Positions 9,141 through 19,220 of a DNA stretch of 64,000 bases are shown here, piece by piece; positions within the stretch are counted from its first letter, which is position 1; each line of letters starts with the position of its first letter. The notes under the pieces are model-generated. The model was not told the origin of the DNA and made no database searches. It saw only the letters and a program-made list of their open reading frames with translations. Source of the stretch: an uncultured Myxococcales bacterium (GTDB taxonomy: Bacteria; Myxococcota; Kuafuiibacteriia; Kuafuiibacteriales; Kuafuiibacteriaceae); the NCBI GenBank assembly GCA_964519665.1, contig CAZFIV010000012.1, forward strand, positions 44,814 to 108,813. Reading direction: 5' to 3'. The position numbers and the translations under genes are program-made.

Positions 9141-10349
9141 TCACCGCATCAAGGCCGAAAAGCCCTTAGACATGAGCTGCCATTTGAGTGTCAGTCCAGC
9201 ATTGCCGAACAGAGACCACATCGCGGCCGCCACCTCTCGACTCGACACGTCACCCGACAGGTAGCCTTGCCAATGGTGTCTCGGCAGCTGAAAGAAAGCA
9301 TCGAAGAATCCGGCCGTGGACGAAACATCCATGTTTACCAGGACTTCCATCCCGTACTTATAAAGCGACCACGCTCGCCGACGGTCCGAAGACCATACCG
9401 CATCCCATCCAGCATCCGACCAGGCTTGGGCCCCCTCGCCCGCGTTGACCCGATCTCGCACCGACCAGACGGCCTCCGCGATGCGCGGCCCCATTCGCAA
9501 GACATTCGCAAGCATATACCCGGTGGCCGGGTGCACGGCGGCCGCCGCCCCGCCGACCGGAACCACTCTTTGATTGCGGGGCGGCTGAGGCCCCCCCATG
9601 GGGATGAAGCAATGCTCGACTTCCTGCGGCGGACCGACCCGCCACCCGAGCGAAGCGACGCGAACGTCGAGTCGACGCTGGCAGACCTTGATGTCCAGGG
9701 GCGGTCTCGCCACCAGAGACGTCTCTTCGATGAACACCGCACCATCGCCCAAGGGCATTGCGTACAGGAAGGTGGGAGGCTCTCGCTCGCCGATCGGCAG
9801 GTGACCGGCCCGAAAGTCCATGAGCACCATCCGGTCCTCCGGCATGACGCCCTCTTCGAGCACGCACTTGACTCCGTAGGCGACCTGCACCCCTGGGTCC
9901 CGCCCCCGGCCCATTCGGGTCAACTTGGGCCGATGTCCGGATGCGTCGACGACCAACACCGCCTTCAGTGGACCACCGGCGGTCAGCCCCAGAGTGGACC
10001 GCTCGTCGTCAAACGCAACCTCGGTCACCGCGTCGGACACCACGTGAAGACCGGCCGCTTCCGCTCGACTCCGCAGCGCCGCTTGCAGCCGCAACGTATC
10101 CACCCGAACGTATGGGCGCTCGAGCACGTGCACCCGTTCGTCATCCAGCCGCACTTCGGCTCTCGGCCAGGTTCGCTCCGCGACCCCCGGCCAGTCGACC
10201 AGCTCGTCCGCCCACGCGCCGTAGTTGTTGGGCCACTCGGCGTAGGGTTTGGGGGCGACCAAGACGGTCTTGAAGCCTCGCTGGGCGAAGCTCGTCGCCG
10301 TACTCCAACCGGCGGGACCACCGCCGACGACCGCCACCTCCCAAACCAC
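9141..10349 (-). CDS. crtY: lycopene cyclase (CrtY/CrtL FAD-dependent family)
   Basis: VAVVGGGPAG, WPNNYGAW, PTFLYAMP, IEETSL, IPMGG and VHPATGY motifs. Confidence 0.9.
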   Translation of the reverse strand: MVWEVAVVGGGPAGWSTATSFAQRGFKTVLVAPKPYAEWPNNYGAWADELVDWPGVAERTWPRAEVRLDDERVHVLERPYVRVDTLRLQAALRSRAEAAGLHVVSDAVTEVAFDDERSTLGLTAGGPLKAVLVVDASGHRPKLTRMGRGRDPGVQVAYGVKCVLEEGVMPEDRMVLMDFRAGHLPIGEREPPTFLYAMPLGDGAVFIEETSLVARPPLDIKVCQRRLDVRVASLGWRVGPPQEVEHCFIPMGGPQPPRNQRVVPVGGAAAAVHPATGYMLANVLRMGPRIAEAVWSVRDRVNAGEGAQAWSDAGWDAVWSSDRRRAWSLYKYGMEVLVNMDVSSTAGFFDAFFQLPRHHWQGYLSGDVSSREVAAAMWSLFGNAGLTLKWQLMSKGFSALMR

Positions 10350-10368
10350 CAGGAATGTAGACTACATC
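10350..10368. promoter_or_regulatory. 19-bp divergent junction containing inverted repeat ATGTAG-A-CTACAT (candidate operator)
   Basis: Perfect 6-bp arms at 10355-10367 between the crtY GTG (10349) and the crtC ATG (10369). Confidence 0.4.
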
Positions 10369-11466
10369 ATGGCGCACGATGAACTGATCACTCTTGGCGA
10401 CCCCAGCCGCCCTCTTTCGCAACATCTGCTGCAGCACCGCGGCGGCTTCGTATGGTGGTACGTCGACGCGCTCGACGAGCGACTCAACGGTCTGGTCTTT
10501 ATTTGGTCGTTCGGGCTTCCATTCCTGCCCGGATACCTCAAGGCGGCCCGGCAGGGGCGTGCGGAACCGGCGGGACAGCATCCCAGCCTCAATCTGGCGG
10601 TCTATCGAGAGGGGCGGCCCTGCTTCTACCTGCTGCAGGTATACGACCCCGGCGACACCGAGTGGAGCGCGGACTACTGGCGGTTCGGTCGCACGGAGAT
10701 CGCCCGGAGCGAAAAGGATGGACGACGCCGAGTGACCGCGACCCTCGACTGCACCGTACCCCGCAGTCAACAGCGGTTGCAGGGCACCATTCATGTAGAG
10801 GGCCCGACCCCGTTTCTGCATCCCGACCTGCCATCGAACGCCGAATCCCATCATGAGTGGTGTCCGGTGACCGGGCCCGCGCGATGCGGTGCGGTGCTTC
10901 GATGGGGTCCCAGCCGGCCTTTTCAGCTGGACGCACCGGCGTACCACGATCGAAACGCCGGCGATCGTCCCTTCGACCAGCTCGGAATCGACCACTGGAT
11001 CTGGGGGCGTACGGTCGGCCCCGGCGGCACCCGAATCCACTATCTGGTCTGGCCAAAGGGAACCTCGCAAGGCGCCAAGTCCTGGGTCTTCGACCTCATG
11101 TCGGACGGCGAGATCCAGCGCCGGGAGCTCGACTCCGCTCGTATTCACGGCCCGGATCGGGGCTGGTTCGGCGTCCCCTTTTGGCGTCGGGTCGACCTCG
11201 ACGACCTCGGTGAAGTCCGCACCGACCGGCTCGTCGAAGACGGTCCGTTCTACCTTCGCTCCGTCAATGCGGGTTTGGACCCGGCGGGCAACCTGCTTCC
11301 GGGGTGGGGCGAATGGATCCGTCCCGACCGGATCGACCTCGACGCCCATCGTCCCCTCGTGAAGATGAGGGTACACCGGACGGCCGGAAGCAATTCAGTC
11401 TGGTTGCCGTTGTTCGTTGGTCCTCGATCGACGCGCATCCGGCGTTTATTGGGGGTGGGCGGATGA
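10369..11466 (+). CDS. crtC: carotenoid 1,2-hydratase (hydroxyneurosporene synthase-like)
   Basis: GGFVWWYVDALD, AYHDRNAG, HWIWGR and EDGPFYLRS motifs; crt context. The start was trimmed to ATG 10369. Confidence 0.8.
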   Translation: MAHDELITLGDPSRPLSQHLLQHRGGFVWWYVDALDERLNGLVFIWSFGLPFLPGYLKAARQGRAEPAGQHPSLNLAVYREGRPCFYLLQVYDPGDTEWSADYWRFGRTEIARSEKDGRRRVTATLDCTVPRSQQRLQGTIHVEGPTPFLHPDLPSNAESHHEWCPVTGPARCGAVLRWGPSRPFQLDAPAYHDRNAGDRPFDQLGIDHWIWGRTVGPGGTRIHYLVWPKGTSQGAKSWVFDLMSDGEIQRRELDSARIHGPDRGWFGVPFWRRVDLDDLGEVRTDRLVEDGPFYLRSVNAGLDPAGNLLPGWGEWIRPDRIDLDAHRPLVKMRVHRTAGSNSVWLPLFVGPRSTRIRRLLGVGG

Positions 11467-12656
11467 TGCATCCCGTCGTCATTGTCTTGGGGCTCGCGTC
11501 GTTGGTCGTCCTGCTGCCCCTGACCCTGACTGTATTCAACATCCTGGTCTGGAGGCGGGGTCGACCCGACGGAAAGATCGATGGAACGGTGTCTATCCTC
11601 ATCCCCGCTCGAAACGAGGCTCGAAACATCGACGCCTGCCTGGCGGCGGTCCAGGCGAACCAGCATCCGGTATTGGAGATTCTGGTGTACGACGACGCGT
11701 CAACCGACGACACCGCCGACCGAGTGCTCGCTCGGGCCGAAGACGACCCTCGCATCCGAGTGCTGCGGGGGCGTGACCTTCCTCGTGGCTGGGTCGGCAA
11801 GTCTCACGGCTGCCATCGACTCGCATTGGCCGCTCGCGGTGATGTCCTGCTCTTCGTCGACGCCGACGTTCGCCTCGAAGCCGACGGCATCGCCCGATTA
11901 GGGAGCCAGTTCGAAGACCTGTCCGCCGATCTGGTCAGCGCGGTTCCGCGGCAGCAGATGCGAACGTGGGCCGAGCGGCTGGTTGTCCCCCTTCTGCACC
12001 TGACCTACACGAGTTGGCTACCCCTACCTCTCGTGTACGCGAGCCGCGACCCGCGGTTCTTGGCCGTCAACGGCCAGGTTCTCGCCATACGACGCTCCAC
12101 GTACGAATCGGTAGGCGGCTTCTCGGCCGTCAAGAACAGCGTCGTCGAGGACATGGCGTTTTGCAGCCTCGTCAAAAAGTCTGGCTTCCGCGTCACCTTC
12201 GTGGATGGGTTCCGAATCGCTCGCTGCCGAATGTATTCGGGTGCTCGCGAAGTCTGGGAAGGCTTTTCCAAGAATCTCTACCGGGGGTTAGGAGCGAAAC
12301 CCGTCGCGCTGATGAGCGTTCTCGCGCTGTACATCATCAGCTTCCTGGCGCCCTACGGCGTCGCGCTCTTCGCGTGGACCGCGCGAACCATGGGATGGAC
12401 GCTCTCGTTCGACGTCAATACCGTTCTGCTCGCGGCGACGGTCGGCGTATGCGCCAACTTCGTCTTGCGAGCGGTGCTGGCATGGCGTTTTCATCACCCG
12501 TGGTCGGGGGTGCTGTTGCAACCCGCGAGCGTGTTGGCCCTCGTGGCCATTGGCATCAATTCATTCATTTGGCATCAACGCGGCACCATCCGCTGGCGAG
12601 GCCGAGTCTACGGTAGTCAATCCGAGTTGACGACCACGGCGCCCCGCGCGCATTAA
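11463..12656 (+). CDS. GT2 glycosyltransferase, probable carotenoid glucosyltransferase
   Basis: N-terminal TM, ILIPARNEARNI, YDDAST, GKSHG, FVDAD and C-terminal TMs. ATGA overlap with crtC. Confidence 0.85.
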   Translation: MMHPVVIVLGLASLVVLLPLTLTVFNILVWRRGRPDGKIDGTVSILIPARNEARNIDACLAAVQANQHPVLEILVYDDASTDDTADRVLARAEDDPRIRVLRGRDLPRGWVGKSHGCHRLALAARGDVLLFVDADVRLEADGIARLGSQFEDLSADLVSAVPRQQMRTWAERLVVPLLHLTYTSWLPLPLVYASRDPRFLAVNGQVLAIRRSTYESVGGFSAVKNSVVEDMAFCSLVKKSGFRVTFVDGFRIARCRMYSGAREVWEGFSKNLYRGLGAKPVALMSVLALYIISFLAPYGVALFAWTARTMGWTLSFDVNTVLLAATVGVCANFVLRAVLAWRFHHPWSGVLLQPASVLALVAIGINSFIWHQRGTIRWRGRVYGSQSELTTTAPRAH

Positions 12657-12665
12657 GGAGTTGCT

Positions 12666-14165
12666 TTGACTGACGTTATCGTCATCGGCGCCGGGATTGG
12701 GGGACTCTCCGCGGCGATTTCGACTGCCGCCCGCGGTCACCGGGTCCGAGTGTTCGAAGCGAATACGCGGGCTGGCGGCAAAGCGGGCACCAGAATCATC
12801 GACGGCGTCGAGGTCGATACCGGCCCTAGCGTCGTCACGCTCCCCGAAGTCTTCGACGACCTCTTCAAGCTGGCCGGTTCCCGCCTCGAAGACGAGGTCT
12901 CGCTCCGGATCTCGACGCCGTCATTTCGGTATCGGTTCGCGGACGGGGTTCAACTCGACATGTTCCACGAGGTCGACGCCATGCTGGCCAGCATCGGTGC
13001 GACCCTGGGTTCCTCGGCGGCCGACGAAATGAACGCGTTCCTCAAGTACGCTCGGGAAGTCTGGGAGGCCGGCGCTCCGAACTTCGTGTACGGCAAGGCG
13101 CCGTCGTTCGGGCTGGTCTTGCGGCTCGGACTCACCCGCCTCAACGACGTGCGTCGAATCGACTCCATGCGGACGATGTACAAGGGCATCTGCGCGCACA
13201 TCCGTGAGCCCCACTTACGTTATCTGCTCGCTCGATACGCAACCTACAACGGCTCCAACGTGCTGACAGCACCCGCGACCCTCAACTGCATCGCACACGT
13301 TGAACTGGCCCTGGGCGGCTACGGCGTCGAGGGCGGGATCGCGGCCTTGGTCGAAGCCATGGTCCGCTGTGCCCGAAGGATGGGGGTGGAGTTCGCTTTC
13401 GAAACGCCGGTCCGCTCCATCGACGTGCGCAAGGGCCGAGTGGCTGGGGTGACGACCGAGCTCGGCGATTCCGTACCCGCGGCCAACGTGGTGGCCAACG
13501 CCGACGTCGGCCACGTCGCCACCCATCTGCTGCCCTCGTCTCATCGTCAGGTCGTGTCGGCTCCGACGCCCCCATCCATGTCCGGGTGGACGGGCATTCT
13601 TCGAGCCCAGCACGGCCCTGAGCCTCGTCCCGCCCATGCGGTCCTGTTCGCTGAAGAGTACCTCGAGGAATTCGTCGACATCTTCGACCGCGACCGGCCG
13701 CCCGAAACACCGACCGTATACTTGTGCGCACAGAAGACCTGTCACGGCCGCGCGGGATGGCCCGACGCCGAACCCGTCTTCGTCATGGCCAACTCTCCTG
13801 CGGAGCCCGAGAACGGAGTCCGCGACCCAGCGGTGTTCGAGGCCCTCGAGCGCCGGGTGCTCGACCGGCTGCGCCAAGCCGGTCTGATTCAGAACGGCGA
13901 CTCGCTCGTTTGGAGCCGGACGCCGACCGAGCTGGCGACCGCCTTTCCGGGCAGCCGAGGATCGATCTACGGGGCAGCTTCGAACAGCGCGACGGCGGCC
14001 TTCAAACGGCCGGCCAATCGAGTTCGGTCCCTGCCGGGCCTGTACTTGGCGAGCGGCAGCGCTCACCCCGGCGGCGGCTTGCCGCTTTGCGCCCTGTCCG
14101 GCGTGGCGGCCGCCAATGAGCTGGTTGCGGACAATGGTCACGGTACCCTGAGGGCCGTCTCGTGA
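12666..14165 (+). CDS. crtD: CrtI-family desaturase, probable 1-hydroxycarotenoid 3,4-desaturase
   Basis: IGAGIGGLSAA, DTGPSVVT and GLYLASGSAHPGGGLP. TTG start after AAGGAG. It is the second CrtI paralog and is linked to crtC. Confidence 0.75.
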   Translation: MTDVIVIGAGIGGLSAAISTAARGHRVRVFEANTRAGGKAGTRIIDGVEVDTGPSVVTLPEVFDDLFKLAGSRLEDEVSLRISTPSFRYRFADGVQLDMFHEVDAMLASIGATLGSSAADEMNAFLKYAREVWEAGAPNFVYGKAPSFGLVLRLGLTRLNDVRRIDSMRTMYKGICAHIREPHLRYLLARYATYNGSNVLTAPATLNCIAHVELALGGYGVEGGIAALVEAMVRCARRMGVEFAFETPVRSIDVRKGRVAGVTTELGDSVPAANVVANADVGHVATHLLPSSHRQVVSAPTPPSMSGWTGILRAQHGPEPRPAHAVLFAEEYLEEFVDIFDRDRPPETPTVYLCAQKTCHGRAGWPDAEPVFVMANSPAEPENGVRDPAVFEALERRVLDRLRQAGLIQNGDSLVWSRTPTELATAFPGSRGSIYGAASNSATAAFKRPANRVRSLPGLYLASGSAHPGGGLPLCALSGVAAANELVADNGHGTLRAVS

Positions 14166-14896
14166 GCCTGGAGCCGAGGCCTCCAGGCGCGGCTTGGGTG
14201 GGCACCATCGCCGCCCTGGCGATCATGGGTGCTTGGGTCGTTCACCTGGCCTGGTTGCTGAACCAACCGACGGTCTTTGTGTGGTGGGCCCCCGCGAGCG
14301 TGCTGGTCCAGACATTCCTACACACCGGGCTGTTCATCGTAGCCCACGACGGAATGCACGGCTCGATCGCCCCGGGCCACGAGCGGACGAACAAGGTCAT
14401 CGGTCAATCCTGCTTACTGATGTATGCTTTGTTTCCAATGGCTCCGCTCCTTCGGGCCCATATCGTGCACCACCGTTCCCCCGGAACCGCCGACGACCCC
14501 GACCACACCGGCGGCCGGCCGCTGGGTTACTTTCGTTGGTACCTCCGGTTCATGCTCCAGTACCTCCGGTGGTACCAGTTGCTCGGCATGGCGATGTTAT
14601 TCAACGCCGCCCATTATCTAGGCGGGATCGCCAACCCCAACTTGGTCGTCTTCTGGGTGGTTCCTTCTCTTCTGAGTACTTTTCAGCTCTTTACGTTCGG
14701 AACCTACATTCCGCACCGCGTCCCCCCGGGCGGTCATCGCGACCTTCACGCGGCCCGCTCGTCGAGCTGGCCTCATTGGCTGTCGCTTCTGACTTGTTAC
14801 CACTTCGGGTATCACTGGGAGCACCATCAGTACCCTGCCGTCCCTTGGTGGCGACTGCCCACATTCCATCGAATGACCCGCAACGCCGAGGGCTAG
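14162..14896 (+). CDS. crtW: beta-carotene ketolase (fatty-acid-desaturase family)
   Basis: His boxes HTGLFIVAHDGMHG, HIVHHR and HFGYHWEHH. Confidence 0.9.
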   Translation: MSLEPRPPGAAWVGTIAALAIMGAWVVHLAWLLNQPTVFVWWAPASVLVQTFLHTGLFIVAHDGMHGSIAPGHERTNKVIGQSCLLMYALFPMAPLLRAHIVHHRSPGTADDPDHTGGRPLGYFRWYLRFMLQYLRWYQLLGMAMLFNAAHYLGGIANPNLVVFWVVPSLLSTFQLFTFGTYIPHRVPPGGHRDLHAARSSSWPHWLSLLTCYHFGYHWEHHQYPAVPWWRLPTFHRMTRNAEG

Positions 14897-15085
14897 AGCG
14901 CCGATTCACTTGGAGCGTGCTGGTGTCGCGCCGGAATCGGCCCGTCGGGTCGTCGCGTGAGGAGGGCGCGTATCGGGAATACGCAACCGACGAAAGCCGA
15001 AGGCGGCGCGGCGAGCAGACGGGTGAGAACCAGCGACAATAGTGCGATCCAAGTGAATCGGCGCTCTAGACTTGCTCCGGCCCTC

Positions 15086-15345
15086 CTAAGAGGGTGGGTG
15101 CTGGAGGATCGACAGCTCGTACCTGAAATCCGCCTTGCGGTCCTCGGCCGTGAAGGGGGGCGGCAATCGGCGGAGCCCCTTGCGAAAGAACGTCTCGATG
15201 TGCCCGGCGCTGAAGCTATCGCGGATCGTCTGAAGCGTCTCCGCGTCGTCGCAGGCGAAGAAGCCGTTGTCGAGAGCCTCGTACCCGATCCCCTGGTGCG
15301 CGAGTTGCCGCTTGGCCCACCCGTGGCCGTTGAGCGCAGCCTCGC
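15086..15345 (-). mobile_element. remnant of a putative transposase-like gene (internal fragment, frameshifted)
   Basis: A frame absent from the ORF track reads LNGHGWAKRQLAHQGIGYEALDNGFFACDDAETLQTIRDSFSAGHIETFFRKGLRRLPPPFTAEDRKADFRYELSILQ then stops. From memory this matches a widespread ~500-aa putative transposase family (LNGHEWAKRQ...GIGFEALDNGF...YRYELSILQ). Not verified by search. Confidence 0.6.
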
Positions 15346-15490
15346 CAAGACTTCGTGCCGAGAGTTTCGATCCCCCGGAGCGCTCTCGGGCGAAGTACGC
15401 GAGCGGAGCGTAAGGGAAGCGATCCTACGTGCGCCGATTCCGACGGACGGAGTCGTCGTCGGCGAGCGATGGCGTGTCTGGTGGCCGCGA

Positions 15491-16522
15491 TCAGACCCGA
15501 GCGGTCACCGCCTCCGAGAAGTCTCGTACGTCGGTGGGGCGACCAACGACGATCGCGATGTCGCCGGCGCGAAGCTCGGTGTAGCGGTCGAGGCTGGTGA
15601 TCAGCTGTCCGTCGGCTCGTCGTAGCGCCACGATCAGCACTCCGTGGCGGTCCGGAATGTCGAGCTCGCCGAGTCGCCCGTTGTAATGCTCGACCTCGCC
15701 GATCGGAACGTCTTCGATCTGAAACTCGTCGTGCTCCCGGTTGACCGCGCGGTCGAGGAGCTGCGCCGCGTGCGGATGAATGAGCCCCTGGGCCATCCGG
15801 GCGCCGCTGATGCCGTACGGGTTGATCACCGCGTCGGCGCCAGCTCGATAAGCTTTTTGAACCGAGGCCTCATCATCGACCCGGGTAATGATGTGCAGCC
15901 GCGGGTTGAGCTGACGGGCGGACAGAGTCACGAAGATGTTGGTCGCGTCGGAGCCGGTCGCGGCCGCAATTCCGCGAGCGCGATCGATAGCGGCTTGGTT
16001 GAGAACGTCGTCCGAGCTGCCGTCCCCTCGCAGGCGGAGCTCGAGGTATGGTAGTTGGTCAGCCAGGTCGGCCTCCACCTCGATCGCGACCACCGGGTAG
16101 CCGCGGTGATGCAGCTCCGCGGCCACTTCCCGGCCGAGACGGCCAAGGCCAACCACGATGAAGTGATTCTCGAGCTTTCGCATCAGATTCCTTCGGCGTC
16201 GCTCCCGCAGGTCGCTTCGGAACTCGCCTTCGACGACGTACCGAGTTACCTGGCCGAGTGTATACGTTCCGACCCCGAGACCCGCGACGATGAGTCCCAC
16301 CGTAAAAAACCGACCCTCGGGGGACAAGGGATGCGGTTCGCTGTACCCGATGGTGGTCAGCGTTATCGTGACCATCCAAATACAGTCGACGAGCGGCCAC
16401 CCTTCGATCACGCGATAGCCGAGGGTGCCACTGGCGACCATAAAAAAGCTCAAGGCAATCGCCCATCGGAGTGTGCGAAAGAGCAAGCGAGGCGAGTATC
16501 GTCCGCCCTCTTGCCGCGTCAA
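15491..16522 (-). CDS. two-TM potassium channel with RCK (TrkA_N/TrkA_C) domains
   Basis: Pore motif TLTTIGYSE, Rossmann VVGLGRLG, GDGSSDDVL and ATGSDATN. Confidence 0.9.
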   Translation of the reverse strand: MTRQEGGRYSPRLLFRTLRWAIALSFFMVASGTLGYRVIEGWPLVDCIWMVTITLTTIGYSEPHPLSPEGRFFTVGLIVAGLGVGTYTLGQVTRYVVEGEFRSDLRERRRRNLMRKLENHFIVVGLGRLGREVAAELHHRGYPVVAIEVEADLADQLPYLELRLRGDGSSDDVLNQAAIDRARGIAAATGSDATNIFVTLSARQLNPRLHIITRVDDEASVQKAYRAGADAVINPYGISGARMAQGLIHPHAAQLLDRAVNREHDEFQIEDVPIGEVEHYNGRLGELDIPDRHGVLIVALRRADGQLITSLDRYTELRAGDIAIVVGRPTDVRDFSEAVTARV

Positions 16523-16608
16523 GTTGGGGGTGATCGCGTCGACAAGGTTGAAAACACCGAGTAAGCCACTACCAGGCGAGTCAGGTTTATCCAGTACGAA
16601 AGCACCAT

Positions 16609-17376
16609 ATGACGCGAACCATGATCATCACGGCAGCGCTGAGCCTCGGCCTTGTCGGGCAGGCGTCCGGCACCAGCCCGCAGCCCCCCGATCTTCCCGA
16701 CCTCTCTGGCACCTGGGCCCGTGCCCAGATCACGACCGCCCTGGTCCACGTGCCGATCGTCGGTGAGCTCGCGTCCCAAACCTTGGCCGTGACCCTTTTG
16801 CGCATCGAGCAGCATGGGCCGGAGTTATTATTGGTTGAAGAGGTCTGCCGCCTCGACACGAAAGCACCGACCTCGCTGGTGAAGACGACGTACCCCGACG
16901 CTTTCGTGAGGGCCGTCTCGGGCAACCGACGTCGGGGACGCCTCGAGTGGGACGGAGGGCAGATTCGGTACCGGGAGCCCAAACAGGCGTACTGGCGCGG
17001 CATGCGGGAAGGGGTGCCGATCGGCGAGCCCCTGCCCGACCATCCTGACGATCCCCGAGTCAGTGATCTCGACTCCGACGGAAACCCCGGCCTGACGGTC
17101 AAGGTGAGCGGACTGATCGATGGCGAGATCTTCCTGGTGCAGCGGAGCTGGAGTGAACTCGACGGAGTGCTACTGTCGGGTAACAGAATTGAGGGTCGAG
17201 TACATTGGGATTCGGAAGAGCAGATTCTCGGGGCGAGTCGCCAACTGCTTGCATCCAAACCGAAGAAGCGACCAGCCCCTGATCAATCCGGCAACTTCTT
17301 TCGGATGCGCCGAGTGCCGAACAGTGCGACCTGTGGCGAAGTTCTGGCTCGCCAGCGGAAGCTGCTCGGCATGTAG
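16609..17376 (+). CDS. secreted hypothetical protein
   Basis: Signal-peptide-like N-terminus, GC-consistent codon usage, and a DLDSDGNPG Ca-binding-like loop. Confidence 0.7.
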   Translation: MTRTMIITAALSLGLVGQASGTSPQPPDLPDLSGTWARAQITTALVHVPIVGELASQTLAVTLLRIEQHGPELLLVEEVCRLDTKAPTSLVKTTYPDAFVRAVSGNRRRGRLEWDGGQIRYREPKQAYWRGMREGVPIGEPLPDHPDDPRVSDLDSDGNPGLTVKVSGLIDGEIFLVQRSWSELDGVLLSGNRIEGRVHWDSEEQILGASRQLLASKPKKRPAPDQSGNFFRMRRVPNSATCGEVLARQRKLLGM

Positions 17377-17486
17377 ACCACGCTCGCCCTCAGATATCGC
17401 AGACGTAACGGTCGACCCCCCATTCGATACCTTTCGGTTACATCATCTCCTCCAAAGTAGGTGTCGGGCCACGGTTTGTTACCTAC

Positions 17487-19220
17487 TTGAGCATGGCATC
17501 AGCCTTGCTGTTTGGTCGGACGACCGTGAGTAGACCTGTCAACTCTGACGCGGCCAACGAAGCCGCCTCTGGCATGCGGGTTTGCCCAGGTCCGCACATC
17601 TCATCATCACTCGAGGCTTATCTTTCGATCGTCCCGCAAGCCATGCTTCAGCTCGACCCCGGGGGCTGCATCGTCGTGGCCAACGACGCGGCGGCCGACA
17701 TCTTCGAGCACCGACGGTTGGCAGGATTGGACTGGTACGACGGGCTGGTGGCGCCGCCTGACCGGGCCAACGAGCGCGACCTTTATCGGAGGCTGATCAC
17801 CGACGAGGGGCCTTTGGCCCGATCGGTTCGAGTTCGTACGGCGGGCGGTAAGCCCCGAACCCTGATCGTCCGCAGCAGCCTCTTGCGAGACGCAGAAGGC
17901 GTGCCGTGCGGGTCGCTGAACGCGGCCGAAGATGTGACCGAGCACCAGCCCTCGCAGAAGGTGCTTCAGGATACGCGCGACGCCCTCGAAGCCTATCAGT
18001 TCGCGCTCGATGCGTCCGCGATCGTGGCCATCACCGACCAGAGGGGCATCATTCAGCACGTCAACGAACAGTTCTGCGCAGTCAGCAAGTATCAGTCCGA
18101 CGAATTGATCGGTCTGGATCATCGTGTTCTGAACTCCGGCTATCACTCCCGAGACTTCTTCAAAGAGTTGTGGTCGCGAATCGGGCGGGGGCTCGTGTGG
18201 CGCGGTGACATCCGCAACCGAGCCAAAGATGGAACCTACTACTGGGTCGCGACGACGATCGTTCCTTTCCTCGACAAGTCCGGAAAGCCGAAGCAGTACG
18301 TCGCGATCCGGTTCGAGATCACCGAGCGCAAGCTCGCCGAAACCGCGCTCGAACGTACGGTTCGAGACCTGGCCATGGCCCGCGAAGCCGAGGCTCGACG
18401 CGCCGAGGCCCTCCGAGACGCTCGAGATAGTCTGGAAGCCGCCAACCGCCGGATCCGGGAAGAGCAAGCCAAGCTGATTCAGGCCGAGAAGCTCTCCTCG
18501 ATCGGGATGCTGGCATCCGGCGTCGCCCACGAGATCAACAACCCGCTCGCCGGGGTCATGAACTGCGTCAAGGCGCTCAGCGACGGGCGCGCCAAGGCGT
18601 CGCGACGAGACGAGTACTTCCGGACGGCGCTGGACGGCCTCGAACGGATCCAGCAGATCGTGCACGGCTTGCTCGACTACGCTCGCCAGCGTCCCCTGTC
18701 GTACTCCACGGTGGACGCGGAAGAGGTCATCGTCGCGTGCACCCGCCTCCTCGCCCCGTATCTTCGAAAGAACCAGGTCGAACTGCGACCGGAGTTTCGG
18801 CCCGCCCAGCTACGAGCCGACCGCTCCCGAATCATGCAGGCGCTCATCAACGTGCTCTTGAATGCCATCTACGTGTCGCCTCGAAACAGCGAAGTCGTCG
18901 TCTCGATCGTTCGAGCCCATCCGCTCATCGGTTTGGCGGTGCGCGACCACGGCCCCGGCATGCCGGACGACGTCCTGCAGAAGGCTTGCGACCCGTTCTT
19001 CACCACCAAACCAGAAGGGGAAGGTACCGGTCTCGGCTTGGCGGTCACCGCCAGCATTGTCCGCGCCCACGGTGGCCACGTGGACTTCGAAGTTCACGGT
19101 CGCGAAGGCGCGGACAGTCCCTGGGATCCCAAGCCAGATGCGCTAGGCTCGGCAGATTCCGGTACGACGGTCACCATCTGGCTGCCCGAAGAGGGCGAAC
19201 AAGGAGTCATCGATGCTTGA
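17487..19220 (+). CDS. PAS-PAS histidine kinase
   Basis: Two PAS/PAC domains, H-box [10 protein letters not shown] box NVLLNA, DHGPG, FFTTK and GTGLGL. The start is uncertain. Confidence 0.93.
   Translation: MSMASALLFGRTTVSRPVNSDAANEAASGMRVCPGPHISSSLEAYLSIVPQAMLQLDPGGCIVVANDAAADIFEHRRLAGLDWYDGLVAPPDRANERDLYRRLITDEGPLARSVRVRTAGGKPRTLIVRSSLLRDAEGVPCGSLNAAEDVTEHQPSQKVLQDTRDALEAYQFALDASAIVAITDQRGIIQHVNEQFCAVSKYQSDELIGLDHRVLNSGYHSRDFFKELWSRIGRGLVWRGDIRNRAKDGTYYWVATTIVPFLDKSGKPKQYVAIRFEITERKLAETALERTVRDLAMAREAEARRAEALRDARDSLEAANRRIREEQAKLIQAEKLSSIGMLASGVAHEINNPLAGVMNCVKALSDGRAKASRRDEYFRTALDGLERIQQIVHGLLDYARQRPLSYSTVDAEEVIVACTRLLAPYLRKNQVELRPEFRPAQLRADRSRIMQALINVLLNAIYVSPRNSEVVVSIVRAHPLIGLAVRDHGPGMPDDVLQKACDPFFTTKPEGEGTGLGLAVTASIVRAHGGHVDFEVHGREGADSPWDPKPDALGSADSGTTVTIWLPEEGEQGVIDA

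Noticed and set aside
14893-15625. ORFs 14957..15625 (+) and 14893..15348 (-)
   Set aside because: No recognisable motifs. They are shadow frames over the transposase-like remnant and the end of the K+ channel gene.
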